Below, piece by piece: positions 38,587-48,097 of a DNA stretch of 64,000 nt. Location of the stretch: the IMG/VR virus record IMGVR_UViG_3300050034_000334, one strand, 5' to 3'. The stretch comes from a virus (lineage: Duplodnaviria > Caudoviricetes). How positions within the stretch are numbered: the stretch's first letter is position 1; every line of letters begins with the position of its first letter. Below the pieces are notes generated by a model that ran no database searches, was not told the DNA's origin, and saw only the letters and a list, made by a program, of their open reading frames with translations. A program made the position numbers and the translations under genes.

Positions 38587-39326
38587 TGCTGCTCCCTGTT
38601 CGGTGTGAATGGCTTGACCAGAGGAAACGGCTGGGCAGTGAATCCCAACTTGAGTGCCTCCTGCTGCTCTTCTTCCAGTTCACACTCCTTGATGTCCTTG
38701 AGCCACTTCTTGCCTTCGCTCTTCCAGTAGAATCCGCCGGTCTTGGCCAGTTCCCGGTTTTCGTAGGACACAATGGCCTCGATCGTCAGCATCGGAGAGC
38801 GAGCCATTCTCATGACCTCATCCAACGGATAACGATCAAGGATCACGAGCATCGTCATGACATCGAACAGAGCTCTGTGTGGGAACGGATTGAGGAATCC
38901 ATGTTCGGCTGCCATGTAGGTCAGCTTCTTGGCCGCCTTGCGAGGCATCTTGAGATCGGTCATGGTATCGATCCAGACCTTGTCTTCGATCTCAAGGTCG
39001 TGCTTCTTGCACCACTTGTTGAGGAAGAACTTGTCAAATCTGTTGCCGTTATGTGCACAAACTGCCTCTGCCTGATTGTACCAGCGAAGGAGTTGCTTCA
39101 GTCCATTTTCAGATGTGTATCCCTGCTGTTCACACAGTTGTGGCGTGATGCCTGTGATGTTCTGACAGGCCTCGTCCCAGACAGGGTTGATAGGATTGAC
39201 CAGATACCCTATGGATTTGAGAGGAGCATGTAGTTCAGTACTCCAAAGAACTGCGCCAACTTCAGTGATGGAGTGAAGTTCAGGCTCCATTCCTGAGGTT
39301 TCGAAATCTAATCCGAGAATGATCAA
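38583..39326 (-). CDS. DEDDh 3'-5' exonuclease (DnaQ-like)
   Basis: 'LDFETSG', 'AHNGNRFD', 'HRALFD'. Confidence 0.9.
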   Translation of the reverse strand: MIILGLDFETSGMEPELHSITEVGAVLWSTELHAPLKSIGYLVNPINPVWDEACQNITGITPQLCEQQGYTSENGLKQLLRWYNQAEAVCAHNGNRFDKFFLNKWCKKHDLEIEDKVWIDTMTDLKMPRKAAKKLTYMAAEHGFLNPFPHRALFDVMTMLVILDRYPLDEVMRMARSPMLTIEAIVSYENRELAKTGGFYWKSEGKKWLKDIKECELEEEQQEALKLGFTAQPFPLVKPFTPNREQQ

Positions 39327-39354
39327 TCACTTGCCTCAGTGAATCAAAGAGAAT

Positions 39355-39374
39355 AGGAGGGGTTGCCCCCTCCC
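39355..39374 (-). terminator. GC-rich hairpin, probable terminator (possibly bidirectional)
   Basis: AGGAGGGG/CCCCTCCT stem with a GCAA-type loop, just after the SSB stop. Confidence 0.6.
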
Positions 39375-39388
39375 TTTTCTCCTCTTGG

Positions 39389-40261
39389 TTAGAGCTCTTC
39401 CACGTCATCCAGGGACTGGTCTTCGGCACCGGCCACCAGAGACTGAAGAACGATCTTCATCTCTGCCAGTGATACCTTCTTGCCCAGCTTGGAATTCAAC
39501 TTCTTGCGGTCCATGAACTTGGCACAAGCCTCCTTGACTTCGGCGACGAGTGCTTCGTTCTGGCGCCAGCGAGCGTTGTCGGTGGCCATGACGAACTTGT
39601 ATCCGATACCGCTGTCCTTGTGGGTCATCACGATATCGAGGTCAGTCACAACCTTACCTTCGGGAGCCAGTTCGCTGATGTCGCGGTAGTTGGTCTGTCC
39701 CAGCTGAACGTATTCAATTGCCCATTCAATGGGAGGAACTCTACCGTGTTCATCCTTGCGATACTTGCCATCCTTGGAAGGAGCATTGGTGTAGTGAAGT
39801 ACCAGAGCAGCAATCGTCAACTGACCGTCTTCTGCCAACTTCTTGCAGCAGAGGCCAGGTTCATCTTCAGTCGCCAGGCAACGGAACGTGCCCTTCTTGT
39901 CGATGAAATGAGTGAGTGCTCTCAGAGGCTTGAGCCAGGGGATGATGGCGAAGCGGACAGCCTTGCCCTTCTCAGGACGGAGGCGATCCAGGCCACCAGA
40001 ACGGGACATGGTCTTTTCATCTCCCCATTCCAGTTCATCAGCGATGCTGTCATCAGTCGCGGCGGCGGCGGACTTCTTGCCCTTGATTACAGGCTCGTCG
40101 TCATCACCTTCGTCTGCTCCTGAGGCAGCAGTCGTCTTCTTCTCAGGCTCTGCGGTCTTCTTGGTTTCAGGCTCTTCAGCCTTCTTGACTTCCGGTTCAG
40201 TCGTCTTCTTTGCGGTTACAGCAGCGTCGAGTTCGTCGTCAATTTCAGTGAATTTTGCCAC
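39389..40261 (-). CDS. Putative single-stranded DNA-binding protein (gp32-like)
   Basis: Charged low-complexity N-tail, 'H...C...CC' Zn-like cluster, acidic C-terminus 'DDVEEL', replication context. Confidence 0.6.
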   Translation of the reverse strand: MAKFTEIDDELDAAVTAKKTTEPEVKKAEEPETKKTAEPEKKTTAASGADEGDDDEPVIKGKKSAAAATDDSIADELEWGDEKTMSRSGGLDRLRPEKGKAVRFAIIPWLKPLRALTHFIDKKGTFRCLATEDEPGLCCKKLAEDGQLTIAALVLHYTNAPSKDGKYRKDEHGRVPPIEWAIEYVQLGQTNYRDISELAPEGKVVTDLDIVMTHKDSGIGYKFVMATDNARWRQNEALVAEVKEACAKFMDRKKLNSKLGKKVSLAEMKIVLQSLVAGAEDQSLDDVEEL

Positions 40262-40343
40262 GTTGTTATCTCCAGTGTTAGTTTGGATTGCGTCGTAGAC
40301 GCTGGGTATTTAATACTGTTACTAGGCTCTAGCCGGCAGATAA

Positions 40344-40673
40344 CTACTTGACTACTTCCAGCTTACGCAGGTCACCCAGCGTGGTGAACTTCACCTTGCG
40401 CTTGGTGCTGGTCTGAGTAAGTTCACCGTTGCGGAATGGGTTCTTGCGGAGCTTGCCCAAGTTGTGCTTCACGATCAGCTTTCCGAGACTCGGAACGCGA
40501 AGGGTGTAGCCATCTTGGTCAATATGTGAACTCACGATCTGGTAGACGCTGTCGAAGACTGCCTTGGTAATCTTCTCAGCTTCCTTCTTCTCGGTAAGTC
40601 CCAGCGCAGTTTGCACGGCAGCGACGATCTGCTCCGGCCCTTCCATCGGAAGTTTTGCCATTGGTTGAATCAC
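40344..40673 (-). CDS. HU/IHF-like DNA-binding protein
   Basis: 'LRVPSLGKL.V.H..GKLRKNPF...KVKF' arm motif. Confidence 0.8.
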   Translation of the reverse strand: MIQPMAKLPMEGPEQIVAAVQTALGLTEKKEAEKITKAVFDSVYQIVSSHIDQDGYTLRVPSLGKLIVKHNLGKLRKNPFRNGELTQTSTKRKVKFTTLGDLRKLEVVK

Positions 40674-40739
40674 CTTTCTCTGTCAGAGAGTAATCCCTGA
40701 AGATTGATGATTCTGAATACTGGGAAATGGTGGATTTTG

Positions 40740-41507
40740 CTAGTTCCATATCTTAGAAATTTGAAGGGCACACACGAAAGCACTGGATTTTCGAACACGC
40801 CATTTTGATAAACATCTAATCGATTGGTCCACTCTCCCCAGGTCAAGCGATATCTGGCGTAATCTATTGAATCTCGTTTGACTGATGCCGAACTTACGAG
40901 CAGCCGGGAAATCGTTCTCATGGGCAAAGACGTAGCCAACCAAGTCACGATACAATACATTCAATCGATAGGATGGTTCTACTTCCGCTGGAATCCAGTG
41001 ATTACTTTCCCAGGGTGCTGGCCATAGGGGAGCACTCTTCAGAGGTACATCACCAGTTAGCTGCCACACAGCCTCCCACAGTGCTCCGCGTATGTCTACA
41101 ATTTCCGATTCACGGCATACCTCACGACTAACTGCTTCTAACTTCTCTTTTACTGGCTTTTCTTCACCAAGGATCTCAGATGCCACCCTCACGAGAGCAT
41201 TCATTCCTGCTGATCCACTCTCTAAGGGTTGAATGGACCAGATGCCAGTTTTCTTCTTGACATCAGGACTCAGATCAATGCAGTTCGAAGATGTGACTCG
41301 CAGGAGGAGATTCTCATCCTTCCCCAGTAAGTCATCATCCTTGACAGTTTCTCTATCCTGGCACACCAAATCCAAGAGTTGTTCAGCGAACCGGATCTGC
41401 GCTCTGTCGAACCCAACCAAGATGTTGTTCTTGGACCTCGACTTCTTGCTGATCAGGAGAGGAACCTGAGGGAACTCAGTGGCGGTGTTGTTCTTTACTT
41501 TGACCAT
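40740..41507 (-). CDS. Hypothetical protein
   Basis: 255-aa ORF coupled to the HAD gene. Confidence 0.7.
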   Translation of the reverse strand: MVKVKNNTATEFPQVPLLISKKSRSKNNILVGFDRAQIRFAEQLLDLVCQDRETVKDDDLLGKDENLLLRVTSSNCIDLSPDVKKKTGIWSIQPLESGSAGMNALVRVASEILGEEKPVKEKLEAVSREVCRESEIVDIRGALWEAVWQLTGDVPLKSAPLWPAPWESNHWIPAEVEPSYRLNVLYRDLVGYVFAHENDFPAARKFGISQTRFNRLRQISLDLGRVDQSIRCLSKWRVRKSSAFVCALQISKIWN

Positions 41508-42421
41508 GGATGCAAATACTCAGGAGCATGAGTACGGACCTCTGCGATCCGCTTGTCTTCGATCTCAACTTCTTCAGTCGCGATGCGAGCCTTGATTGCC
41601 AGCACCTTGTTGATAATCCAGCTTCCAACAGTGGCTTCCTCTCGATAGTCAGCCATTCCCAAGATGTCCAGGAACCCATCCTTCCGGATGATCTCCATCT
41701 GCTTGAAACCCTTGGCGTTGGCATACACTCCGACCGCGAACCCGCCATACTTGCGGACCTGTTCGAAGGCATAGACGTCGCTGACTCCATCACCAACATA
41801 GATCATGTTCTTGTATGGAATGAGGTACTGCTCCGGAGGCAAAGGGACACAGGCGTCGTAGAAGAATTCAGCACAGCCCTTGGCGATCTCTTCGAGCACT
41901 CTGACCTTGTCAGAGGGGAGCAAGGTCTTGGCTACAGAAACGATGTGACCCTGTGGAACTCGCTGAGGCTTGCCGTCGAGACCTGTCTCCCAAACGTAGT
42001 CAAGGAACTCCGCTCCTTGGATGTTCTTGTCCTGCACGATAGGCTTGATGGACGGGTGCTCAAGGAGCATGGCCCGGATGCCAGAGGTCACAATGTGGAC
42101 TTCGGCGCCAAGTTCATCGAGTTTCTTGATGATCGTGTCAAGGCCAGGGAAGGTGGGTATCTTGCAGCCAATCTCTGTCAAACGAGGATTGTCGAGATCC
42201 TTCATCGTCCCATTACAGGCACATTCCACAAGATAGTTGAGATACTCATGCTCGACGAAGACGCGGGTGTTCAGGTACTTGGTGTCTTCGTGAGCGCGGC
42301 GGTGTACTTCTTCCCAGAAGGTTCGTTCGGGGATGCCATAATGAGTAAAGATGGGACCCTCCATGTACATTGGAGAACATGTATGGTCCCAATCTAAGAC
42401 GACGGCAATTCTCTGTTTCAT
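41495..42421 (-). CDS. HAD-superfamily hydrolase
   Basis: 'VVLDWDHT', 'IVTSG', 'K', 'YVGDGVSD' motifs I-IV. Confidence 0.88.
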   Translation of the reverse strand: MKQRIAVVLDWDHTCSPMYMEGPIFTHYGIPERTFWEEVHRRAHEDTKYLNTRVFVEHEYLNYLVECACNGTMKDLDNPRLTEIGCKIPTFPGLDTIIKKLDELGAEVHIVTSGIRAMLLEHPSIKPIVQDKNIQGAEFLDYVWETGLDGKPQRVPQGHIVSVAKTLLPSDKVRVLEEIAKGCAEFFYDACVPLPPEQYLIPYKNMIYVGDGVSDVYAFEQVRKYGGFAVGVYANAKGFKQMEIIRKDGFLDILGMADYREEATVGSWIINKVLAIKARIATEEVEIEDKRIAEVRTHAPEYLHPWSK

Positions 42422-42441
42422 TCGTCTCTATTACTGGGTGA

Positions 42442-43467
42442 TTAGTAATCCTTGTCTAACTCCTCAGAAGAAACCTTCTTCAAGTGAACCGTTGCTTTGA
42501 TAGCCTTCTGAGTCTCCTCCCAGTACTTGTCCACTGAATGAGGGTCAAGTCCGTTGGCCTCGGCATACTTCTCCCAGAACTCCTCAGTTCTCGTCGCCTT
42601 GAAAGCATCGATAGCTTCCTGCTGTCCGGAAGTGTACTTTGGCTCCGGAGCTAGGATATCGTTCCAGCGATCGATGGTAAGAAGGAAATCAGGTGAATTC
42701 TTGCCACATCGTCCAGCAAGGCAGTAACCTGTGATGACTGGCCAATCCTGATGAGGATCGTATGGCCCTTCAAGATGCCACATCACGTCAAAGCGAGGAA
42801 TCATACTCTCCCCGGAAGTATTTGAATCAGGAACAGCATACCTGGTATCTCCAAGATTCCAACCAGACCAAGACTGAGGAGGATTGTTTTCCAGTGAAGA
42901 ATTGGGACAATTATCAATGAAGTCGCTGCCGATAACGACAGGTTTGTCGGATTTCAACTGAGTGACGACGTACTTCAATACATAGATGTTTAGTGAGCCT
43001 TCAACATACCGCTGATACAACCAGCCAGTCTTACGCTCGTACCAGTGATCCCAGTAGTCGTTCTGCATAGTGTGAGACAAAAACTTATCGCCTTGTCCAC
43101 AGAAAGAAAGAGCCTGATGAGGCCATTCAATCTTCTCCTCAGTCTTTCCGTAGATCTTCACATTCACTAAAACAGTCCCAATGGAGGTATCTCCGTTTGA
43201 AGACTGAGATCCATCTATTATATAGATGAGAGGTACATTTCCTAGAGGAGTTCCGGCACTATGCCGAGAATCAACGATATGATCCATCATGTAACTTACG
43301 TGTTGGGCATGTTCCTTTTCTGGATTGGCCAACCACACCATACCCCAGATAGTGAAAATAACCACGCCCATTGCCAGCAAACTGAAGACCTTCAGCACAT
43401 AGAAAGCTAGTTTGAATGGTGCCAGTAAGAACGCTGCTGCTTCTCCAAGCCAACTAAACTGTCCCAT
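42442..43467 (-). CDS. Membrane-anchored hypothetical protein
   Basis: N-terminal TM helices, GGAGG SD, own promoter. Confidence 0.75.
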   Translation of the reverse strand: MGQFSWLGEAAAFLLAPFKLAFYVLKVFSLLAMGVVIFTIWGMVWLANPEKEHAQHVSYMMDHIVDSRHSAGTPLGNVPLIYIIDGSQSSNGDTSIGTVLVNVKIYGKTEEKIEWPHQALSFCGQGDKFLSHTMQNDYWDHWYERKTGWLYQRYVEGSLNIYVLKYVVTQLKSDKPVVIGSDFIDNCPNSSLENNPPQSWSGWNLGDTRYAVPDSNTSGESMIPRFDVMWHLEGPYDPHQDWPVITGYCLAGRCGKNSPDFLLTIDRWNDILAPEPKYTSGQQEAIDAFKATRTEEFWEKYAEANGLDPHSVDKYWEETQKAIKATVHLKKVSSEELDKDY

Positions 43468-43486
43468 GATGTATCCCTCCAAGAGT

Positions 43487-43515
43487 ATCTACCACTCTGG
43501 AAGGCGGATCGGTTA
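43487..43515 (-). promoter_or_regulatory. Phage promoter TAACCG-N17-GTAGAT
   Basis: Consensus match, 17-bp spacer. Confidence 0.75.
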
Positions 43516-44238
43516 CACAAGAGCCAGTTTCGGCCTCTCCTTTTGAAATGCACGATGTGAGTCTGACAGAATTTCAATAAACTTCTGAATGTCGACCATG
43601 TGCCAGTACACGCGAGCACCACAGGGAGTCGTCTTGAATTCGAAACCTTCGTTTTCGAACAAGCCAAAGGCACATCCGACTGCAAGGAAAGTGTCCACCA
43701 TCTGACCCATCATCTTTCTGACAATATCCTCGGTCTCTGCCCTGTTGACTTTCCTGCCTTGCTTGTCAGCCGTCACTGTGAACTTGATCTTGGCGAGTAC
43801 CTGATCCAAAGCACCTCGATTGGTGTCCTCCTTCTCAAGATGATTCAACATGACCATGAGGATCTTCCGGAGAAGAGGCTTCAGTCTTTTCTGCTGGTTG
43901 TATACTTGCTCGAGCACTATATCCTGCACAAGCACGGCCACTCCGAATGTTCCACCCCATTTGCCATCCTCACTTACCTGGGAAACGGCCTGATTGAACT
44001 CGGTCAGAGTAGGCATCAATGACCACTTTTCTAGAAGTTCCTTCTCCTGTCTGATGTATTCGAAAAGGCGATTCTCGTTTGGTTTGTTGAGATCAAGGTT
44101 GCTGCTGTCAATGGAGGCAAATTCCTTCTTGGCCTTAGCAGCGATCATCTTCTGAGTGTGCAGAACTCGAGAAAGGTCATCCAAACTCCGGATGACCACC
44201 AGAACTTTCGGCGGCGGAACCAATTCCTTCTTCTTCAT
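43513..44238 (-). CDS. Hypothetical protein
   Basis: 241-aa helical ORF downstream of DnaB. Confidence 0.75.
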   Translation of the reverse strand: MKKKELVPPPKVLVVIRSLDDLSRVLHTQKMIAAKAKKEFASIDSSNLDLNKPNENRLFEYIRQEKELLEKWSLMPTLTEFNQAVSQVSEDGKWGGTFGVAVLVQDIVLEQVYNQQKRLKPLLRKILMVMLNHLEKEDTNRGALDQVLAKIKFTVTADKQGRKVNRAETEDIVRKMMGQMVDTFLAVGCAFGLFENEGFEFKTTPCGARVYWHMVDIQKFIEILSDSHRAFQKERPKLALV

Positions 44239-44542
44239 GGTCTCTTTTCCTAGGTGGAACCCTCAGCATACGACAAACCAAATTCACCATCGGTCGGATC
44301 TGTTCACATACATCGGCAGGAAGATTTCCCACCTTGACGCAGAAGTAGAATCCGTTGTAAACGTCGACTGTCCAAGTCACTTCGCGAGTCGAACCTGTGA
44401 TTCTGTAGTTTGGTGCACCGGCATCCGAAAACCTCCACTCTCCCCTGAGAGGTTCGTCAAGAGGGATGGCCACTTGGAGAATTCGCCAAATGGTTGTCAG
44501 TTCGGAGCCGGTTGGCCAAATGATGTTCTTGACTCTTCTCAT
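44177..44542 (-). CDS. Hypothetical protein
   Basis: 121 aa, ATGA-coupled to the helicase stop. Confidence 0.55.
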   Translation of the reverse strand: MRRVKNIIWPTGSELTTIWRILQVAIPLDEPLRGEWRFSDAGAPNYRITGSTREVTWTVDVYNGFYFCVKVGNLPADVCEQIRPMVNLVCRMLRVPPRKRDHEEEGIGSAAESSGGHPEFG

Positions 44543-46029
44543 AACAGATAAGGGTCGATCACTTCATTGAGAGTCTTGTCCAGCATGTCAGTGGACATTA
44601 CAACTCCACCATTCACAAGACCGGAATCTGAAGAAACCCCAATCATGAATGGAGGGACGTTGCTCCGCCGCCGATTCTTGCAGGTGCCCAGCTTGATCTT
44701 CTGTTGGGCTTCTAAGTCTGAATCCGAAAACGTAAACATACAACCATCAAGCGACTTGTCGAATTCGGAATACTCGTAGACTCCCTCCATCTCCCATTTT
44801 CCTTCGTGCTTTTGAGCATCAGTGTATCCATCTCTATTGCCCTGAACTGGAGTCAGCAGACAGATCTTGCGCTTGTTTCCGAAGTTGAGGCACCACGATT
44901 TGGCATTCTTGATGAGACCGTTCATGACCTGGCGGTCTTGGCCCTTGGAGTACGAAGTATCGAGGAGAGTGAAGTAGTCGATGAGCAGTAGATCCACCGG
45001 TGCAATCTGTTGCTGAAGCTCCACCTGAGCCTGAACTCCTTCCAGGGTACACTCGGAAGGTTGGCGAACGATGATATCCCCAGGAAGATTGTCAAGATCA
45101 GGTGCGACCACATTGAAGAGAAAGTCTTCCTGATCCGGAGTGAGATTGCCATCCTCAAGGTCATTGATGGAGATCTTGATATTGAAGTCCTTGAACTTCT
45201 CGTGATGACTGTGAATCACCGCATAGATGTTGTTTTCTTCCTCACAAGATTGCTCCAAAGGGATGTGCATCACCTGGAATCCCTGGTTCGCGACGTTGTA
45301 GGCAATGGTGCGGCACAGGGAAGATTTACGCTGACCAGCGTATCCTAGAACTCCCCAGAAGTTGCCACGCTTGAATCCTCCAATGATCTGGTCAATCGCC
45401 GCAATACCCGTCTTCATGGTTAGAGAACCTTTCAAGTTCTCCCTCTTGGCCAGGTTGTAGTTGTCACGAAGTTCGCTGGAAATTGCCTTGATGCTTCCGC
45501 CCACACTCTTCTGCTGAGAGGTCAGAATACCATTCTGAATCTGACCCAGCAGGTATACGAGGGCATCCTTGTTTCCAGCCAGCTTCTTCTTGGTCTTGGG
45601 ATCCTCAACTGCACCATTGGCAATCTTCTTGGTGGCCTCTATAACCGCATTGAGTTTCCAGTTCTCAAACTCGTCAGTCTTGTCACGCAGGACTTGATAG
45701 AGATCCTGAGCATCGAATCTCCTCAGTTCAGAGGCGGACTTCAGATCCTGGTAATTGGACAGAGCTTCTTGCAAACCCTCGCTCTTGTCCTGCTTGAGGA
45801 CGATGTCCTCAATCATCTTGTAGGAGGGAGCTTCCCGGTGGGCTGTCCAGAAATTCCAGATCAGTTGCATCAGGGGAAGTTCGTAATCGGGCATACAAAT
45901 GGCCCGAATCTGAACCATGTTGTCGGATACCCAGCGAAGGTTCGCTTTCACGCGCTCGGATTCCTCTGGGGAGGAGTCCTTACGCAGTAGAGAGTGGAAT
46001 AAATTCCAAAAATTGACCGTATCTGCCAT
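44539..46029 (-). CDS. dnaB: DnaB-like replicative helicase
   Basis: 'TGIAAIDQIIGGFKRG...GYAGQRKSS...IPLEQ...LLLIDY...PVQGNR...KNRR' SF4 motifs. Confidence 0.85.
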   Translation of the reverse strand: MADTVNFWNLFHSLLRKDSSPEESERVKANLRWVSDNMVQIRAICMPDYELPLMQLIWNFWTAHREAPSYKMIEDIVLKQDKSEGLQEALSNYQDLKSASELRRFDAQDLYQVLRDKTDEFENWKLNAVIEATKKIANGAVEDPKTKKKLAGNKDALVYLLGQIQNGILTSQQKSVGGSIKAISSELRDNYNLAKRENLKGSLTMKTGIAAIDQIIGGFKRGNFWGVLGYAGQRKSSLCRTIAYNVANQGFQVMHIPLEQSCEEENNIYAVIHSHHEKFKDFNIKISINDLEDGNLTPDQEDFLFNVVAPDLDNLPGDIIVRQPSECTLEGVQAQVELQQQIAPVDLLLIDYFTLLDTSYSKGQDRQVMNGLIKNAKSWCLNFGNKRKICLLTPVQGNRDGYTDAQKHEGKWEMEGVYEYSEFDKSLDGCMFTFSDSDLEAQQKIKLGTCKNRRRSNVPPFMIGVSSDSGLVNGGVVMSTDMLDKTLNEVIDPYLL

Positions 46030-46082
46030 AGAAGGCGAGCACCTTTGGCTCGCCTTCTCCAATACTTGGCAGGTGAGTTTTG

Positions 46083-47412
46083 CTAGTAGTAACGGTCACC
46101 TTCATGGCGAAGGCTGTCGGACTTGGTGCCGAACATTCCCATCTTGTCCAGTGCTTTGTAGATATTGCTCCTGCTTTTTTCGTAGGCAGCAAGGATGTCA
46201 CCACCCACTGCCTTGCGGACGGTGGGAACGACCCTTCCAAGACGGTCCCAGGCTACATCAGGCCCATTGGTGGTCAGAACTTCGTACACAATCTTCTTCT
46301 CCAGCTGGAGCCGGGGATTCCTCTGTCTCTGCAGGTCACTGTAGGAGCCGTAATCTCCTGGATCCGATGACTTGGCTAGACCGATGCTCCTGGGATACCT
46401 CTGTGCGATTTCCTCGAGAGACTCGACAGCGGCCTTCCTCTTCAACAGAGGATGCTTCGCGCTAGATTCCTTTTCGCCAGAATAGAAATCTTCGTCCTCG
46501 ATACTTCGTAGGAGGCAGACCATCTTCTTCTCTTTTGCGCTCTTGATCGAAGAACTCCTGCAGGGGAACTTTTCTGATCTCAGGCTTGCCCTTCTCAGAA
46601 AACTCAGGTGGAACTGCACCCTTGGGACTTTCCCCAATAGCCTCCGTCTCCTTGCGATCGAACTCGCGATCCATGTCCTCGCGCCAGCCGGCAATCAAAA
46701 CGAACTTCTTGGAGGAGGATTTCCTCATCTTGTTCATTGAGCGGAGATACTCAATCAGCTGCTTCTCTTCCTCTTTTGTTGTGTTTTCTGGGATCATCAT
46801 CGAAGACCGGCCTTCGTGAAGAACTCGATACTTCGAAGGCTGACCCGTTTCTTCTCTCCTCCGTTCGTGTTCAAAGAACTCCTGCATAGGAACCTTACGG
46901 ATCTCTGGTTCTGGAGGAAGGTCTTTCTCCTTTTGGTCGTATTCACGTTCCATTTCGTCACGCCAGCCAGCTACCAGGACGAACTTCTTCTTGGCATAGA
47001 CGCTCTGTCGGGGAGTAGGAGTTCCTCCTCCCATGATGGCCATTATCGGAAGTGAACTCCAAATGCTGATTGATGGGCAGACAAAGGTGAAGTTGCTTGC
47101 ACCTCTAGTGGCTTTCCACGTCTTTCCATCGGAATCACGAAAATCGATCTGATCATCCATGGCCAATCCACGGAGAGCATTGACCGTCGACGGATTCATC
47201 TTGGGGATGACACTGTCATCACGCTTGGGCCTGGAAGGTCCAAAAATCCCAGCGGTCTTCTTCAACTCATCGAAGCCACGATTGCATCCATGGCAGTAAT
47301 ACTTATGTGGAGCCTCAGCTTCCGGATTCTCGATGTAGACCGGCTTGTGGCCGCATAGAGGACAAGGTTCCTCAATCAGTGAACCCTCAGGAAAGATTGG
47401 CTTCAACGGCAT
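46083..47412 (-). pseudogene. Frameshifted gene with an internal tandem duplication (Zn-ribbon N-terminus)
   Basis: ORF 47412-46462 and ORF frame 46694-46083 join into natural-looking sequence across a frameshift near 46500; may instead be an assembly error or programmed shift. Confidence 0.55.
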
Positions 47413-47423
47413 AGTGACTCCGA

Positions 47424-48059
47424 TCACATGAACATGACTCCACGAGGATGCCACACAACCTTACCGATGGTCACTCCTGGCATGTAGTCTTCTTTGATGG
47501 CTGCATTTGCAATGGCTCTGGCGTGCTTCTCGTTCTTGGCTACAACGTCGATCTCTTCACTCATGTCCTCATCATCTTCTCCCGTATCTGGATCCTTGAA
47601 GGTAGTGAAGATGGTGTAGGTGTCCATGTCATTGGGATACGGGTACTTCTTGTCGAAGTATCCGCGATAATCACCTTTGACTGCTTCTTCACTTCTTCCC
47701 AACTCGATCTGTGGAAGATTATCAGGACGGAAAGGATCTTTCTTGACCCGAAGGACGTTCTTCACCTTGGAGATGAGGTCGCGAGGACGAGTCCCATCGT
47801 CACCCATGCGAGACTTCTCATTGGTATAATCCCAGGTGCCAAGATCCAGGTTGAGGACTACCACATGTTGATCTTTGCGAAACTCTGAGATGTTGCCCTG
47901 CCACTTCTTTCCTCCACCAAAGGTTGCTCGGAAAGCTGGATCTTTGGGATCCTGCCTCTTCTCGGTGAAGCCTTGAGACAACAGCCACTTCTTGGCTTCC
48001 TCGGGAGGGATAGGAGGAAACTGAGGTGCGGCGGATTTCTGTAAGAGTTTGCTTTTCAA
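47424..48059 (-). CDS. Hypothetical protein
   Basis: 211 aa, TTG start. Confidence 0.7.
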   Translation of the reverse strand: MKSKLLQKSAAPQFPPIPPEEAKKWLLSQGFTEKRQDPKDPAFRATFGGGKKWQGNISEFRKDQHVVVLNLDLGTWDYTNEKSRMGDDGTRPRDLISKVKNVLRVKKDPFRPDNLPQIELGRSEEAVKGDYRGYFDKKYPYPNDMDTYTIFTTFKDPDTGEDDEDMSEEIDVVAKNEKHARAIANAAIKEDYMPGVTIGKVVWHPRGVMFM

Positions 48060-48097
48060 AGGTTTTCCCTCTACATTCTGAGTTCGTAATTCACTTC

